Virus record (IMG/VR): IMGVR_UViG_3300045988_042083
Span: 1 to 40,199 of that record
DNA from: a virus
Length of the DNA: 40,199 bases
Direction: 5' to 3' (one strand)
This document shows positions 40,016-40,199 of this stretch, piece after piece (within the stretch, counting starts at the first letter, position 1; every line of letters starts with the position of its first letter). Below the pieces are notes generated by a model. That model searched no databases and was not told the DNA's origin. It saw nothing but the letters and a program-made list of their open reading frames with translations. Position numbers and translations under genes: made by a program.

Positions 40016-40199
40016 GATGTACCTCACTTTCCAAATCTTCAATGCGGTGGTTGATAACTTTTATCTGCTCTTCAACCACTGGCATACGCCGCGCGAAGTT
40101 GTTATGCTCCGCAACCCTAGCCTCAAGCTGTTGTAACCGATAATTCGTCAATTTGCTGCTGACGAGTATACCACCCAACGAGCCACCAAGCGTCCCGAC
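40005..40199 (-). CDS. 3' part of the 76-aa TM + coiled-coil protein whose start lies at 155 (the same gene wrapped by the circular junction).
   Basis: ...RRMPVVEEQIKVINHRIEDLESEVHREI*. Stop TGA at 40005-40007. Confidence 0.6.
   Translation of the reverse strand, partial: VGTLGGSLGGILVSSKLTNYRLQQLEARVAEHNNFARRMPVVEEQIKVINHRIEDLESEVHREI
40081..40199. repeat. Second copy of the 119-bp terminal repeat.
   Basis: Identical to 1-119. Confidence 0.95.

Overview
The window is a complete, circularly closed dsDNA phage genome. Bases 1-119 are identical to 40081-40199, so the unique length is 40,080 bp. It is siphovirus-type (tape measure, no sheath). Its signals are Firmicutes/Clostridia-like: GGAGG ribosome-binding sites (RBS), TTGACA-N18-TGgTATAAT promoters, an amidase endolysin with SPOR domains, and BclA-C-like and SpoIIID-like genes. 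I found no integrase, tRNA, CRISPR array or reverse transcriptase.

Minus strand, running 15113 down to 1, across the junction, then 40080 down to 35574: terS, terL, SPP1-type portal, a MuF-HEXXH fusion, a micro-ORF, an HK97-gp10-like protein, scaffold, capsid, connector proteins, major tail protein, G/GT chaperones with a canonical -1 slippery site, a tape measure with 3 x 132-bp repeats, two distal tail proteins, a 4-gene lysis cassette, a sigma-70 region-4-like regulator, and a 7-gene accessory block with its own promoter and terminators.

Plus strand, 15530 to 35546: small early genes, DUF932, ThyX, SNF2 helicase, an XRE regulator, a prim-pol/helicase, a Mom-like protein, a frameshifted Dam, a Cas4-like exonuclease, an HD hydrolase, an AAA_24 ATPase, DUF669, a family-A DNA polymerase, an HAD phosphatase, a PurZ-like synthetase, dUTPase, a MazZ-like pyrophosphohydrolase and a VRR-NUC nuclease.

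The most notable result is a PurZ + MazZ-like (+ HD + PolA) gene set, which predicts a 2-aminoadenine (Z-base) genome. It sits alongside Mom-like and Dam-like adenine-N6 modification genes, a pairing I do not recognise as described.

The non-coding DNA is unusually structured:
- Twin ~52-bp palindromes with a covarying apex, plus TTTGTATTG boxes, lie upstream of both late promoters.
- A dispersed ~23-nt motif (CAACGGAGCGCAAGAGAAACGCC) marks module junctions.
- Seven near-identical consensus promoters occur, apparently in duplicated pairs.
- A phased operator array lies at the early promoter.
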